A stretch of DNA of 63,748 nt, the filler included, from Chiloscyllium plagiosum (lineage: Eukaryota): NCBI RefSeq assembly GCF_004010195.1. It is 4 parts of one record of this genome, joined end to end, with 100 filler letters (N's around TTAATTAATTAA, not from the genome) between each part and the next. Parts side by side here need not be neighbours in the genome. Positions count along the whole stretch, not along the records: positions 29,554 to 54,974 come from NC_057712.1; 3 more parts are not named here. One strand, given 5' to 3'. A program made the translations under genes and the position numbers. Below, piece by piece: positions 37,915-49,779 of the stretch; the first letter of the stretch is position 1, and every line of letters starts with the position of its first letter. The notes beneath the pieces are model-generated. The model was not told the DNA's origin. It saw only the letters and a list, made by a program, of their open reading frames with translations, and searched no databases.

Positions 37915-39620
37915 AGGGGCAGGATTAGGCCATTCAATCCATCACATTTGCTGTGTCATGATTGATCTGGTATTCGCCTGAACTATACTCTCCTGCCTGC
38001 CTCTTTAATCTTTGACTCCTTTGTACATCAAAATCTGTCTAATGTTGTCTCTAGTTCTCTCTGGAGTAAAGAATTCCAACGGGTAACTATCCTCAGAGGG
38101 AAGAAATTTGTGGGCGGCACGGTGGCACAGTGGTTAGCACTGCTGCCTCACAGCGCCTGAGACCGGGGTTCAATTCCCGACTCAGGTGACTGACTGTGTG
38201 GAGTTTGCACATTCTCCCCGTGTCTGCGTGGGTTTCCTCCGGGTGCTCCGGTTTCCTCCCACAGTCCAAAGATGTGCAGGGTCAGTTGAATTGGCCATGC
38301 TAAATTGCCCGTAGTGTTAGGTAAGGGGTAAATGTAGGGGTATCGATGGGTTTCGCTTCGGCGGGTCGGTGTGGACTTGTTGGGCCGAAGGGCCTGTTTC
38401 CACACTGTAATGTAATCTAATCTAATCTAAAATTCCTCCTTATTTCTGTCTGAATTAAGAGAACCCTTATTTTGAGATTCCGCTTTCTAGTTTGAGATAC
38501 TCTTTGATTGGAAGCACCCTCTCAATATTGACCCTGTCAAATCCTCTCAGAACTTTTTATATTTGAACAAGATAGCTCCTTATTCTTCTAAACCCAACTG
38601 GTTATAGACTATACGGTGTAGAAGCATAAGGAGTTCATTCAGTCAATCAAGTCTGCTGTGCCTTTCAGTATGATCATGGCTGATTTGATAATCCTCCACA
38701 CCACTTTCCTGCCTTTCGTGCATTTGGAAACAAGCCATTCAGCCCATTGAGTGCACACTGACCTTCCAAAGAGCATCCCACCCAGACCTAAACTCTCTGA
38801 GTAAAGAGGTTTCTCTTCATCTCACTCCTAGCTCTCTTGATGACAGTCTTGAAATTGTGACTCCTAGTTACTGAATTATGAACTATTTGAAACAAAATAC
38901 CCTTCTGTACCCTGTCAAAATTGTTCATAAATTTAAATACCTTATTAATGTCTCTTAATCTTCTCTGCTCCAAAGAACACACCAAATTTCTCCAGTCCTT
39001 CCTTGCATCTGAAATCCATGTTCTAGTATCATTTCAGTAAACCTCTTTTGAACACTCTCCAGGGCAATAATATCCTTCCTTGAATAAGGTGCTCAGAACT
39101 GAAGACAATACTGCAAATTAGTATAGCCTCACTTCCTTGCTTTTATACCCTATACCTCTGTTTATAAACTCAAGGATCCTATTAGCCTTCATAACAACTA
39201 TTTCAACTTGCCTGGCCATTTTCCGAGAATTATGTATGTGAACCCTGAGGTCCCTCTGCTTTTGTGCTCTCCTCAAAGTTGAACCATTGAATCTATATTG
39301 TCTTTATGTACCTTCTATCAAAATGCATTACCTCTCATTTCTCAGCATTGAAATTCATCAGTCAGTTGTCTGCCCATTTGGCTAACTTGTCAATGTCGCT
39401 CAGCATCACCCTCAGAATTCAGTATTCTCCTGACTTTAGACTCTGCAAATTTAGAGATTACACCCCCAACACCCATCTCCAAGTCATTTATAGCAATAAG
39501 AAAAATCAAGAGTTCCAAGACTGATCCCTGGGGAACACCACTTTCAACTTGTCTCCAATCTGAGAAATGCCCATCTATACCCACCTTCTCTTTCCTATCT
39601 TTTACCCAGTTTCAAATCCT
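37915..39620 (-). mobile_element. Old CR1 fragments
   Basis: ESGVPQGSVL...SKFA; SLEQRRLR...FTQRV. Confidence 0.7.
38112..38431 (+). mobile_element. Full-length HE1-type V-SINE
   Basis: gggcggcacggtggcacagtggttagc (A box)...gggttcaattccc (B box), V-domain, and CR1-like tail ending (AATCT)n. Confidence 0.92.
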
Positions 39621-39785
39621 TGTTTTCAAATATAGACACAGAATACATAGAATCCCTACAGGGTGGAAACAGGTCCACATTGTCCCTCTGAAGGGTATCC
39701 CATCCAAACGTGTTCCCCTACCCTATTACTCCCTGACTAATGTACCTAACCTACACATCTCTGAACACTATGGGAATTTAGTAAG

Positions 39786-40489
39786 TGTTATGAAACTGTG
39801 GGTGTACTGTACCTTTAAGACAGTTAAAAGCTAGCAGAACTACCTGACGCAGCACCAACAAGATATAATGTAACATTAGGTCAAACAACTCGATTCGCTG
39901 GTTGTCTGAAGATGACAAAACAAATTTAAATTAGGCCAACAGGATAAATTATACCCTGAAAAATACCAAACTCCAATAAAGTTTGAATTTAGTATATTGA
40001 CAATCTTAAAAGCTAGTGATACAATCAGATGCTTTGGGAGTATAAGACCGAGGAAAATTGAATAGTTTGGAGAGAACTGCCAAGCCACCAGCATCCGCTG
40101 ACTGCCCAGAGAACAGCTCGCTTAAATGTACCTTTATTGATCAGTAACCTGTGAAACAGAAATCCCTAAGAAGAAGAAAAGAAGGCCAAGGAAGATCTAA
40201 GAGAAGATTTGACATCTAGCTGGTTTTGAACATTTGAATTTTTGTTAAATCTTAATCAGGGGTTTTATCGGACTAGTATTATAGAAAGAAAGGTGAAAGA
40301 TAGGTTAGAGAAAGGAGTTGTAAATAATGGTTAGTTAATTGTTCTCTGTTAATCTTTAAGAAGTAAAGTTGTTATTTTTACTTTAAGTAATTCTTGGCCT
40401 CTCTAATTTTCACAGATTACTACATGGGATCAATCTTTTCTGTGCAGCTTTTTTAAATTAGGCAGGAGGGTTTACCTCGTGACAGAACT
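39786..40489 (+). repeat. 5' LTR
   Basis: Starts TGTTATGAA and is collinear with 44193-44941. Confidence 0.88.
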
Positions 40490-40492
40490 GTT

Positions 40493-40512
40493 TGGGGACT
40501 CATTGCTGGGAT
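40493..40512 (+). other. Degenerate primer-binding site, tRNA-Pro-like
   Basis: tggggactcattgctgggat, 3 nt after the LTR, versus the canonical tRNA-Pro PBS TGGGGGCTCGTCCGGGAT. Confidence 0.55.
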
Positions 40513-40621
40513 TTGAATGGTTTGGGACTTTTGTCCGTGATTTGAACAGTTTGGGACTTGGATTGGCATTTGAACAGATTTGGAGTATGAAAAATCCCAG
40601 CAGATTTAAACATTGCATGTT

Positions 40622-41490
40622 ATGGATGTAGGTTTGCTCACTGAGTTAGAAGGTTCATTTTCAAACGTTTTGTCACCATAATAGGTAACATCTTCAGTGA
40701 GCCTCCGAATGAAGCACTGGTGGTGTAAACCACTTTCTATTTATATGTTTGGATTTCCTTGGGTTTGTGATGTCATTTCGTGTTCTTTTTCTCATGAGTG
40801 GAAAATGAGGTCCAAGTCAATGTGTTTGTTGATACAGTTCTGGTTGGAAAGCCATGCTTCTAGGAATTCTTGTGCATTTCTCCGTTTGGCTTGTCCTAGG
40901 ATGGATGTGTTGATCCAGTAAAAATGGTGTCCTTCCTCGTCTGTATGTAAGGATAATAGTGAGAGAGGGTCATATCGTTCAGTGTCTAGTTGATGTTCAT
41001 GTATTCTGGTAGTTAGTTTTAGATTAGATTACTTACAGTGTGGAATTAGGCCCTTCGGCCCAACAAGTCCACACCGACCCACCGAAGCTCAGCTCACCCA
41101 GACCCATTCCCCTACACTTACCCCTTCACCTAACACAATGGGCAATTTAGCATGGCCAGTTCCCCTGACCGACACATCTTTGGATTGTGGGAGGAAACTG
41201 GAGCACCCGGAGGAAACCCATGCAGACACGTTCCCCTGACCGACACTTTGGATTGGCAGGGGGGAAACCCGGAGCACCCGGAGGAAACCCATGCAGACAC
41301 AGGGAGAATGTGCAAACTCCACACAGAGAGTCACCTGAGGTGGGAATCGAACCCCGGTCTCTAGCGCTGTGAGGCAGCAGTGCTAACCACTGTGCCACCA
41401 TGCTGCCTGTTTGTTCAATGTAGTGTTTGTTACAATTCTTACAAGATATTTTGTCCAGACAACAAGCAAAACGAATGTCATTTCCAAAAT
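40622..41490 (-). mobile_element. PLE (Penelope/Poseidon type) inside the Gmr1-like element, with an inverted 5' tip and a degenerate hammerhead (40661-40700)
   Basis: Reverse complement parallels 22250-22745 (KISCKNCNKHYIEQTG; AQEFLEAW). Confidence 0.85.
41020..41405 (-). mobile_element. HE1-type V-SINE with an internal tandem duplication of about 70 bp
   Basis: ttcccctgaccgacac...ggaaacccatgcagacac is repeated at about 41160-41229 and 41231-41300. Confidence 0.85.
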
Positions 41491-43789
41491 CGACCACCTT
41501 AACGTTTGCCGTATGTGTCATACATGTCAAATGGTAGGTGAGCCACAGGCGATTGTACACCAGCACCTTTGTTGCCAATTCCTGCATTTGAAGAACCTTT
41601 CATGCAGGTTATAATTGATTGTGTAAGTCCTCTCCCGAGAACTAAAAGTGGGAACCAGTACTTGTTTACAATAATGGATGTGTCTACAGATTTCCGGAGA
41701 CAATTCCATCACAGAGTATTAAGGCATAAAAGGTGCTAGAGGAGTTAGTAGCTTTCTTCACATGATATGAGCTACCAAGAGAGATTCAGTCAGACCAAGG
41801 GTCAAATTTTACTGCTAGGCTGTTTAAGGAGGTTATGGATAGCTTAGATATACAGCACTTGAAGTCCAGTGCATATCATCCTGAATCCCAGGGAGCTTTA
41901 GAAAGGTGGCCTCAGACCTTGAAGACCATGTTAAGAGCATACTGTCAAGACTACTCGAATGATTGGGATAAAGATATTCCATTTGTGTTGTTTGCTAGTA
42001 GAGATGCCCAAATGAATCTACTCAGTTTTCTCCCTTTGAGTTAATATTGGGTCATGAAGTGAAATTTGAAATTAATTAAAGAAACATTGACCAAAGTGAG
42101 GTCACACACTTAGATTATGTATTGGAAGTGAGGAAAAGACTAAATCGAGTAGGTGAGTTAGCTAAACAGCACAATGTAGAATGAAGCAGGTGGCAGATAA
42201 AAACTCTGAGACTTGGACGTTTTCCTGAGGGGATGACATGTTCATACTGCTATCAGTGATAGGAGATCCCTTCAAAGCCAAATTTGGTGGTCCCTATCAA
42301 ATTGAGGAAACGTTGAGTCAGGTGAACTATCTAGTAAAGGATAGTTCACCTTTAGGATAGGAAAAAAAGGTATCAGGTATATCATATGAACATGTTGAAA
42401 CCGTATTATACTAGAGAGAAAGGACTAGAGAAACAGGTGTGAGTTACTGCCCCACAGATGATGTTGATTTTTATGGCTTCAAAATAGATTAAAAAATGGA
42501 GACGTGCTTGAGGAGTGGAATGGGTTAGTAAGCTATCTGTCTCAGGAGCATAGAAAGCAGTTGAAAGATTTGTTGCTGCAGTATAAGGACATATATGAGA
42601 GTCAGATGGGGAGGACTAATGCTATTATACATGAAGTAGACGTAGGGAATTCTGCTCCAATAAAACAACACCCCTGTTGGATTAATCCTTTCAAAGCCAG
42701 ACAAGTCCAGATAGAGGTGAAGGCCCTTCCCAATGAGGATATCATCGAACTGAGCCAGAGCGAGTGGAGTTTGTCGATGGTCTTAGTTCCCAAACCGGAC
42801 GGGAGTCATTGAATGTGCGTGGATTATCAGAAGGTCAACGCCATTACGAAATCAGACTCATGTCCAATATCAAGATTGGAGAACTGTCCAACTGTGTTGG
42901 ACTTAATGCGTGGTTACTGGCAGGTACCATTATCAGAGTCGATGAAAGAAGTTTCTGCGTTTGTAACCCCAAATGGGCTATATCAGTTTAAAGTGATGCC
43001 CTTTGGAATGAAGAAGGCACCCACCACTTCCCAAAGACTCATGAACAGAGTTGTGGCTGGGTTTAGAAACTGTGCAGTCTATGTGGATGGTGTAGTGATG
43101 TTTAGTAAGGCCTGGAAAGATCACAGGGTACAGTTGGCAGAGCTCTTTGAAGCAAACTTACAAGAAGCAAAACGGGTGATAAACTAAATTTGTGAAAGCA
43201 GAGATAATGTTCTTAGGACATAACATCGGTCATAGAAGGTTGACTCCATGGAACGCAAAGATGAAGGTCATTGAGGAATTTCCATGACCAACCTTGAAGA
43301 AAGAGGTGTTTTGATTCTTTGAACTCAGCAGATTCTATCGAAGTTTGTTCCAAATTTCAGCAGTATAATGACTGAAGTGGACTGCTAACCGATTTGCTAC
43401 AGAAGAACACAAAGTTTTGGTGGACAGAACCATGCCAGAAGGCATTCAACTATTTGAAAGCCATATTAACCACTAAATCAGTTTTAACTACACCAAACTT
43501 TTCAAAACCTTTTAAAGTCACCATCGATGCCAGTGACATTGGAGTTGGGGCTGTACTCCTGCAGGAAGATGAGGATGGGATTGAACTGCCAGTTGGTTAT
43601 CTTTCGAAGATCAACATCCACCAGAGGAAATACTCCATTATCGAAAAAGAATTATTGAGTTCGGTACTGGCATTACCAAAACATTTTAATGTGTATGTCA
43701 CAAACAATGTGTCGGAGATGGTTGTGTACATGGATCACAATCCACTTATATTCTTAGAATGCTTTAAAGACAAGAATGTGAGAATAAAT

Positions 43790-43902
43790 AAAAGCAAAGG
43801 GCTTTGACAAAGGGTCAGTTAGACACAAAACGTCAGCTCTTTTCTCTCCTTACAGATGCTGCCAGACCTGCTGAGATTTTCCAGCATTTTCTCTTTTGGT
43901 TT
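43790..43902 (+). mobile_element. PLE pseudo-LTR fragment in the Gmr1 RNase H region
   Basis: Degenerate hammerhead (ttgacaaagggtc...aaaacgtc) followed by gatgctgccagacctgctgag. Confidence 0.65.
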
Positions 43903-44192
43903 AAGAATATCAAACTATTTCTTTAGAGTCTTATGTTACAGACTTTTTATGTAAAAATTGTACATGTTGCAGGTCATAAGAATGTACTTGCAATATGTAT
44001 GATTTTTAACTGATAACATTTAGATGAGATTTGTCTTTATTTAATGTTATATACTATACACAGTTATAAGGGAAGAACTTAAGGTAAACTTAGATTAAAG
44101 TTATCTGAATGTTAGAGTAATGTGTTTAAAGAATGGAAAAAAAAGAAGCCATCTTTTCTTTATGATGGTCCATTTTTTCTGAAGGGGGCAGA

Positions 44193-44941
44193 TATTATGA
44201 AGGTAAGGGTGTACTGTACGTTTAAGAGAGTTTAAAGCTAGCAGAACTACCTTGACACCTACCAAGTGTCAAGATATAATGTAACATTTATATGACACAA
44301 TACCACAACAAGGTATAATGTAACATTTGGTCAAACAACTCGATTAGCTGGTTGCCTCGAGATGACAAAACAAATTCGAATTAGGCCAATCAGTTTAAAT
44401 TATAGCCCGAAAAATACTAAACTCCAATAAAATTTGAATTTAGTATATTGACAATCTTAAAAACCAATGACACAATCCAATGCTTTTGGAGTATAAGACC
44501 GAGGAAAATTGAACAGTTGGGGGAGAACTGCTAAGCCACCAGCATCTGCAGACTGCCTGGAGAATAGCTCTCTTAAAGGTACCTTTATTGATCAGTAAAC
44601 TATGAAACAGAAATCCCTAAGAAGAAGAAAAGAAGACCGAGGAAGATATAAGAGAAGATTTGACATCTGGCTGGTTTTAAAAATTTGAATTTTTGTTAAA
44701 TCTTAATCGGAGGTTTTATCGAACTAATATTATAGAAGGGAAGGTAAAAGATAGGTTAGAGGAAGGAGTTGTAAATAGTTGTTAGTTAATTATTCTCTGT
44801 TATACTTTAAGGAATAAAGTTGTTAATTTTTACTTTAAATAGTTCTTGGCCTCTTGAACTTTCACAGACTACTGCACAGGATAAATCTTTTCTGTGTTGC
44901 TGGTTTAAATTAAGCAGGAGGGTTTACCCTGTGATGTAACA
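44193..44941 (+). repeat. 3' LTR preceded by a polypurine tract (44181-44192)
   Basis: gaagggggcaga followed by the LTR, which ends ...tgtaaCA. Confidence 0.88.
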
Positions 44942-45636
44942 ATAGCCATCTTTGGACTGTGGGTGGAAACCGGAGCACCCAGGGAAAACCCATGCAGACA
45001 CAGGGAGAATGTGCAAATTCCACACAGTCAGTTCCCCAAGGCTGGAGTTGAACCTGGGTCCCTGGCACTGTGAGCCACTGTGCCTAAATTGCTAATGAAC
45101 CTGCCATGGGGCATCGTACCAAATGCTTTCTGAAAGTCCTAACATACAATATCCACAGCACTACTGCCTGTGTCACCTTGTAAAAGAACACAGTTACATT
45201 TGTCATTGCAAGTGTACATCTAAATACTTCTTCGACGTTTTGAAGTTTTCTGCCTCTACCATCCTTACAGGCAGCGAGTTCCAGATTCCCACCACTCTAG
45301 GTAAAAATGTTTTTCCTCGTACCTTCTCTAAACCTTCTGCCCTTTACATTAAATCTGTGTCACTTGCCATTAATCTCTAAATCAAAGGCGAAACGTTCCT
45401 TCCTGTCTTAACTATCTATGCCCCCATAATTTCAATTGTGTCCCCTCTCAATCTCTCCTCTAAAGAAAACAACCCCAGTTTATCCTATTTTTGCTCTAAC
45501 TGGGATTTTCCAATGGAGGCATCATCCTGGTAAATCCACAGTGCATCATCTCCAGTTCTCTCTAATCGCTCCTATGATGTGGATTCCAGATCTGCACATA
45601 GTACCCTAGCTGTGGCCCAACTAACATTTTATACAG

Positions 45637-45805
45637 GTGAAAGTGGGTACTGCTGATGCTGGAGATTAGAGTCAAGATTACAGTAGTGCTGGAAAAGCAC
45701 AGCAGGTCAGGCAGCATCTGAGGAATAGGAAAATTAATGTTTCGGAAGAGTTCTTTATCAGAATGTCCTTCCTGAGGTGTGGGGCCCAAAATTGGACACA
45801 GTATT
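45637..45805 (-). mobile_element. PLE pseudo-LTR insertion with a captured local segment and a 16-bp TSD
   Basis: TSD ctaacattttatacag at 45621-45636 and 45806-45821. Confidence 0.8.
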
Positions 45806-45877
45806 CTAACATTTTATACAGTTATAGCCTAACTGTTCTTAAATCTATGCCTTGTCTAATAAAGGCAAGTAAACCAT

Positions 45878-48800
45878 GTAAGACCATAAGACCAGAAGGC
45901 ATAGGAGTGGAAGTAGGGCCATTTGGCCCATCTAGTCCACCCTGCCATTTAATCATGGCTGATGGGCATTTCAACTCCACTTACCCGCACTCTAACCGTA
46001 GCCCTTAATTCCCTGCGAGATCAAGAATTTATCAATCTCTGCCTTGAAGACATTTATGTCCTGGCCTCCACTATGCTTTGTGGCAATGAATTCCACAGGC
46101 TCACCACTCTCTGGCTAAAGAAATGGCTCCTCATTTCTGTTCTAAATTGATCCCCTGTAATTCTAAGGCTGTGCCCATGGGTCCTAGTCTCCCCGCCTAA
46201 CAGAAACAACTTCCCAGCGTCCACCCTTTTTAAGCCATGCATTATCTTGTAAGTTTCTATTAGATCTCCCCTAAACCTTCTAAACTCTAATTAATACAAT
46301 CCCAGGATCCTCAGCCATTCATCATATGTTAGGCCAATCATTCCAGGGATCATCTGTGTGAATCTCTGCTGGACACACTCCAGTGCCTGTATGTCCTTCC
46401 TGAGGTGTGGGGCCCAAAATTGGACACAGTATTCTAAATGGGGCCTAACTAGAGCTCTATAAAGTCTTAGAAGCACATCACTGCTTTTACATTCCAACCC
46501 TGTTGAGATAAATGACATCATTACATTAGCTTATTTAATCACAGACTCAACCCACAAGTTAACCTGTAGAGAATTCTTGACTAACACTTCCAGATCCCTT
46601 ATGAATTTTCTCACTGTTTAGAAAATAGTCCATGCCGGTATTCTTTTTACCAAAGTGCAAGATCTCGCATTTGCTCACATTGAATTTCATCAGCTATTTC
46701 CTGAACCACTCTCCTAAACTGTCTAAATCTTTCTGCAGTCTCCCCAACACCTCGGTACTACCTGCATGTCCACCTAACTTCGTGTCATCGGCAAACTTCA
46801 CGAGAATGCCTCTCGTCCCTTCATCTAGATCATTAATATATAAAGTGAACAGCTGCAGCCCCAACACTGAACCCTGCGGGACACCACTTGTTACCAGTTG
46901 CCATTCTGAAAAAGAACCTTTTATCCCAACTCTCTGCCTTCTGTCAGACAGCCAATCCTAAATCCTTTCCAATAGATCATCTTGAACACCATGGGCCCTA
47001 ACCTTACTCAGCATCTTCCCATGAGGCACCGTATCAAAGGCCTTTTGGATAGATAACATCCACTGGGTTTCCCTGGTCTAATCTACTTGTTACCTCTTCA
47101 AAGAGTTCTAACAGGTTTGTCAGACATGACCTCCCCTTACTGCATGGCTCAGTGGTTAGCACTGCTGCCTCACAGCGCCAGAGACCCGGGTTCAATTCCC
47201 ACCTTGGGCAACTGTCTGTGTGGAGTTTGCACATTCTCCCCATGTCTGTGTGGGTTTCCTCCAGGTGCTCTAGTCCCACAGTCCAAAGATGTGCAGGTTA
47301 GGTGAATTGGCCATGCTAAATTGCCCATAGTGTTAGGTGCATTAGTCAGGGATGAATGTAGGGGAATAGGTCTGGGTGGATTGCTCTTCGGTGCGGGCTT
47401 GTTTCCTCACTGTGGGGAATCCAATCTAATCTAATCTAAATCCATGTTGACTTGTTCTAATCCGATCCTGCACTTCCAAGAATTTAGAAATCTCATCCTT
47501 AACGATGGATTCTAGAATTTTACCAACAACCGAAGTTAGGCTAATTGGCCTATAATTTCCCATCGTTTGTCTTGATCCTTTCTTGAACAAGGGGTTACAA
47601 CAATCATTTTCCAATCACTTTGGACTTTCCCTGACTCCAGTGAGTTTTGAAAGACCACAACGAACACCTCCACTATTTCTCAGCCCGTTCCATCAGAACT
47701 CTATGATGTCGTCCATCGGGGTCAGGAGATTTATCCATTTTTAGATCTTTTAGCTTTTCTTGCACTTTTGTAATGGCTGCCATACTCAACTCTGCTTCCT
47801 GACTCTCCTTAATTGTTGACGCAAAGTGCTTATTAAATTCTTCAGCTATTTCCTTATCTTCCATCATTAGTCTTCAAGCATCAATTTGGAGCGGCCCAAT
47901 GTCTACTTGTGCCTCTTGTTTGTTTCTAATGTATTGAAAGAAACTTTTGCTATCATTTCTAATATTGCTGGCTAGTCTACCTTCATATTTGATCCTCTCC
48001 TTCCTTATTTCTCTCTTTGTTGTTCTCTGTTTTTGTAGCCTGCTCAATCTTCTGATTTTCCAGATCTCTTAGCCACTTTATAGGGTCTCACTTCTTCTTT
48101 GATAAATGTCCTGACTGTCTTTGTCAGGTATGGCTGTCTAACCTCCTCCACCACCCCCGGGATAATCTTTCTTTTCTTTGGGATGAACCTCTCTCCTCAA
48201 TTACAACCAGAAACTCCTGTCATTGCTGCTCTACTGTCTTCCCCGCTAGTCTCTGCTCCAGTCGATTTTTGTCAGATCTTCTCTCATGCCCCTGTAATTA
48301 CCTTTATTTAACTGTAACACCATTACATCCAATTCTGCCTTCTCTCTTTCAAACTGCAAACTGAACTCTACATATTGTGATAGCTGCCTCCTAAGTGTTC
48401 CCTTACTTTAAGATCTTTTATAAAGTTTGTCTCATTACATAGCACTACATCCAGAATAGCCTGCTCCCTTGTGGGTTCCATCACAAGCTGTTCCAAAAGA
48501 AATCCTGTAAGCATTCCTTGAATTCTTTTTCTTTGGATCCACCAGCAACATTATTCACCCAGACCACCTGCATATTGAAATCCCCCATGATCACCATGAC
48601 ATTGCCTTTCTGACATGCCCTTTCTATTTCCTGGTACATCTTGCACCCTGGTCCTGACCACTTTTAGGAACATAACTCCCATTATAGTTTTTTTGCCTTT
48701 GTGGTTCTTCAACTCCATCCACACAGACTCCACATCATCTGACCCTGTGTCATTCAGCGCCATAGATTTAGTTTCATTCTTAACTAGCAAGGCGACCCCG

Positions 48801-49650
48801 CCCCCTCTGCCCAGCTCTCTGTCTTTTCGATAAGTAGTAAATCCTTGAATATTTAACTGCCAGTCCTGAACCCCTACAACCACGTATCTGTGATGCTTAC
48901 CACATTGTAATCATTCACAATTCATCTACTTTGTTAAGAATACTTCAAGCATTCAGGTAAAGTGCCTTAACGCTAACTTTCTTATCATTATTAGAGATAC
49001 TGGAAATCATAAGATGTCCTAAATTATCCTGACCTTTTGCTGCATTCCCAGTCTGCCTCAAACTTAAACCCACCTGCACACATGCTGTCCTGCTTCTTTC
49101 CATTTAACTCCATAATCACTGTCGCTTTCACTTTCTCTTCCCCCCCCCCCCCCACCCTATTTATCCTTTTCGCTAGAACACTGGTTCCAGATCAGTTCAG
49201 GTTGAGACTGTCCCAATGGTTCAGATTCCCCGAGTTACAAAACTGATGCCAATGCCACATGAAATGGAATCCCTCTTTCCCACACCAGTCCCTTAGCCAC
49301 GTGTTTACTTTCTTATCCCTATGCCAATTGCCAGATGGCTTGTGCAGTAATCGGAAATTATGACCCTTGAGGACTTGTACTTCAATTTCCTTCCTGGTAA
49401 TCGATAATCCCCAAACACGTTCTCCCCCCTCGCTTTGCCTATGTTGTTAGTCCCAACATCGACCACAAAAACTGAATCCTCCCCCTCCCGCTCGAATGTC
49501 CTTTCAAGCTGGTCGGAGTTGTTCTGCACCATGGCACCGGGCAGGCAACACACCACGCGGGACTCCCGGTCCGGCTTGTATAGGATACTATCTGTTTCCC
49601 TGATTACAGAATCCCCTATAACAACTACTTGTGTTTTTGCATTCCCCTCT
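45878..49650 (-). mobile_element. Long CR1 LINE retaining ORF1 (SGNH/GDSL esterase) and ORF2 (APE-RT) remnants
   Basis: ORF1: VVIGDSVIR...CCLPGA...VGTNN. APE: YRKDRELGRGGGVALLVK. RT: GNYRPISLTS and LEYCVQFWAP. Confidence 0.9.
47140..47439 (+). mobile_element. HE1-type V-SINE inside CR1
   Basis: A/B boxes, V-domain and aatct tail. Confidence 0.88.
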
Positions 49651-49779
49651 TGATTATGCCTTCTTAACCACTTTATCCACCTGTTCTGATACTTTAAGGG
49701 ACTGATGGTGTACACATTCTGAGATCCTTCTGATTCTTGGGTTCTAGGGTCCAACCCCTGTTCATCATGTATTTCCATG

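Larger units (their letters stand above)
39786..44941 (+). mobile_element. Gmr1-like Ty3/Gypsy LTR retrotransposon (IN-RT-RNaseH order), decayed, gag/protease absent
   Basis: Two direct LTRs. Integrase about 41500-42410 (CxxC, IIDCV, QSDQGSNF, SAYHPESQGALER, GPY). RT about 42650-43190 (LDLMRGYWQ, MPFG, YVDG). RNase H about 43500-43790 (DASDIGVGAVLLQ). Confidence 0.9.

Noticed and set aside
38112..38200. tRNA-like sequence with A and B boxes
   Set aside because: It is the head of an HE1 SINE and continues into the V-domain; not a tRNA gene.
40505..40590. Short repeats (tttgaacagtttgg-like) resembling a CRISPR-type array
   Set aside because: Three degenerate units in an LTR-element leader, with no regular spacers or cas genes, in vertebrate DNA.
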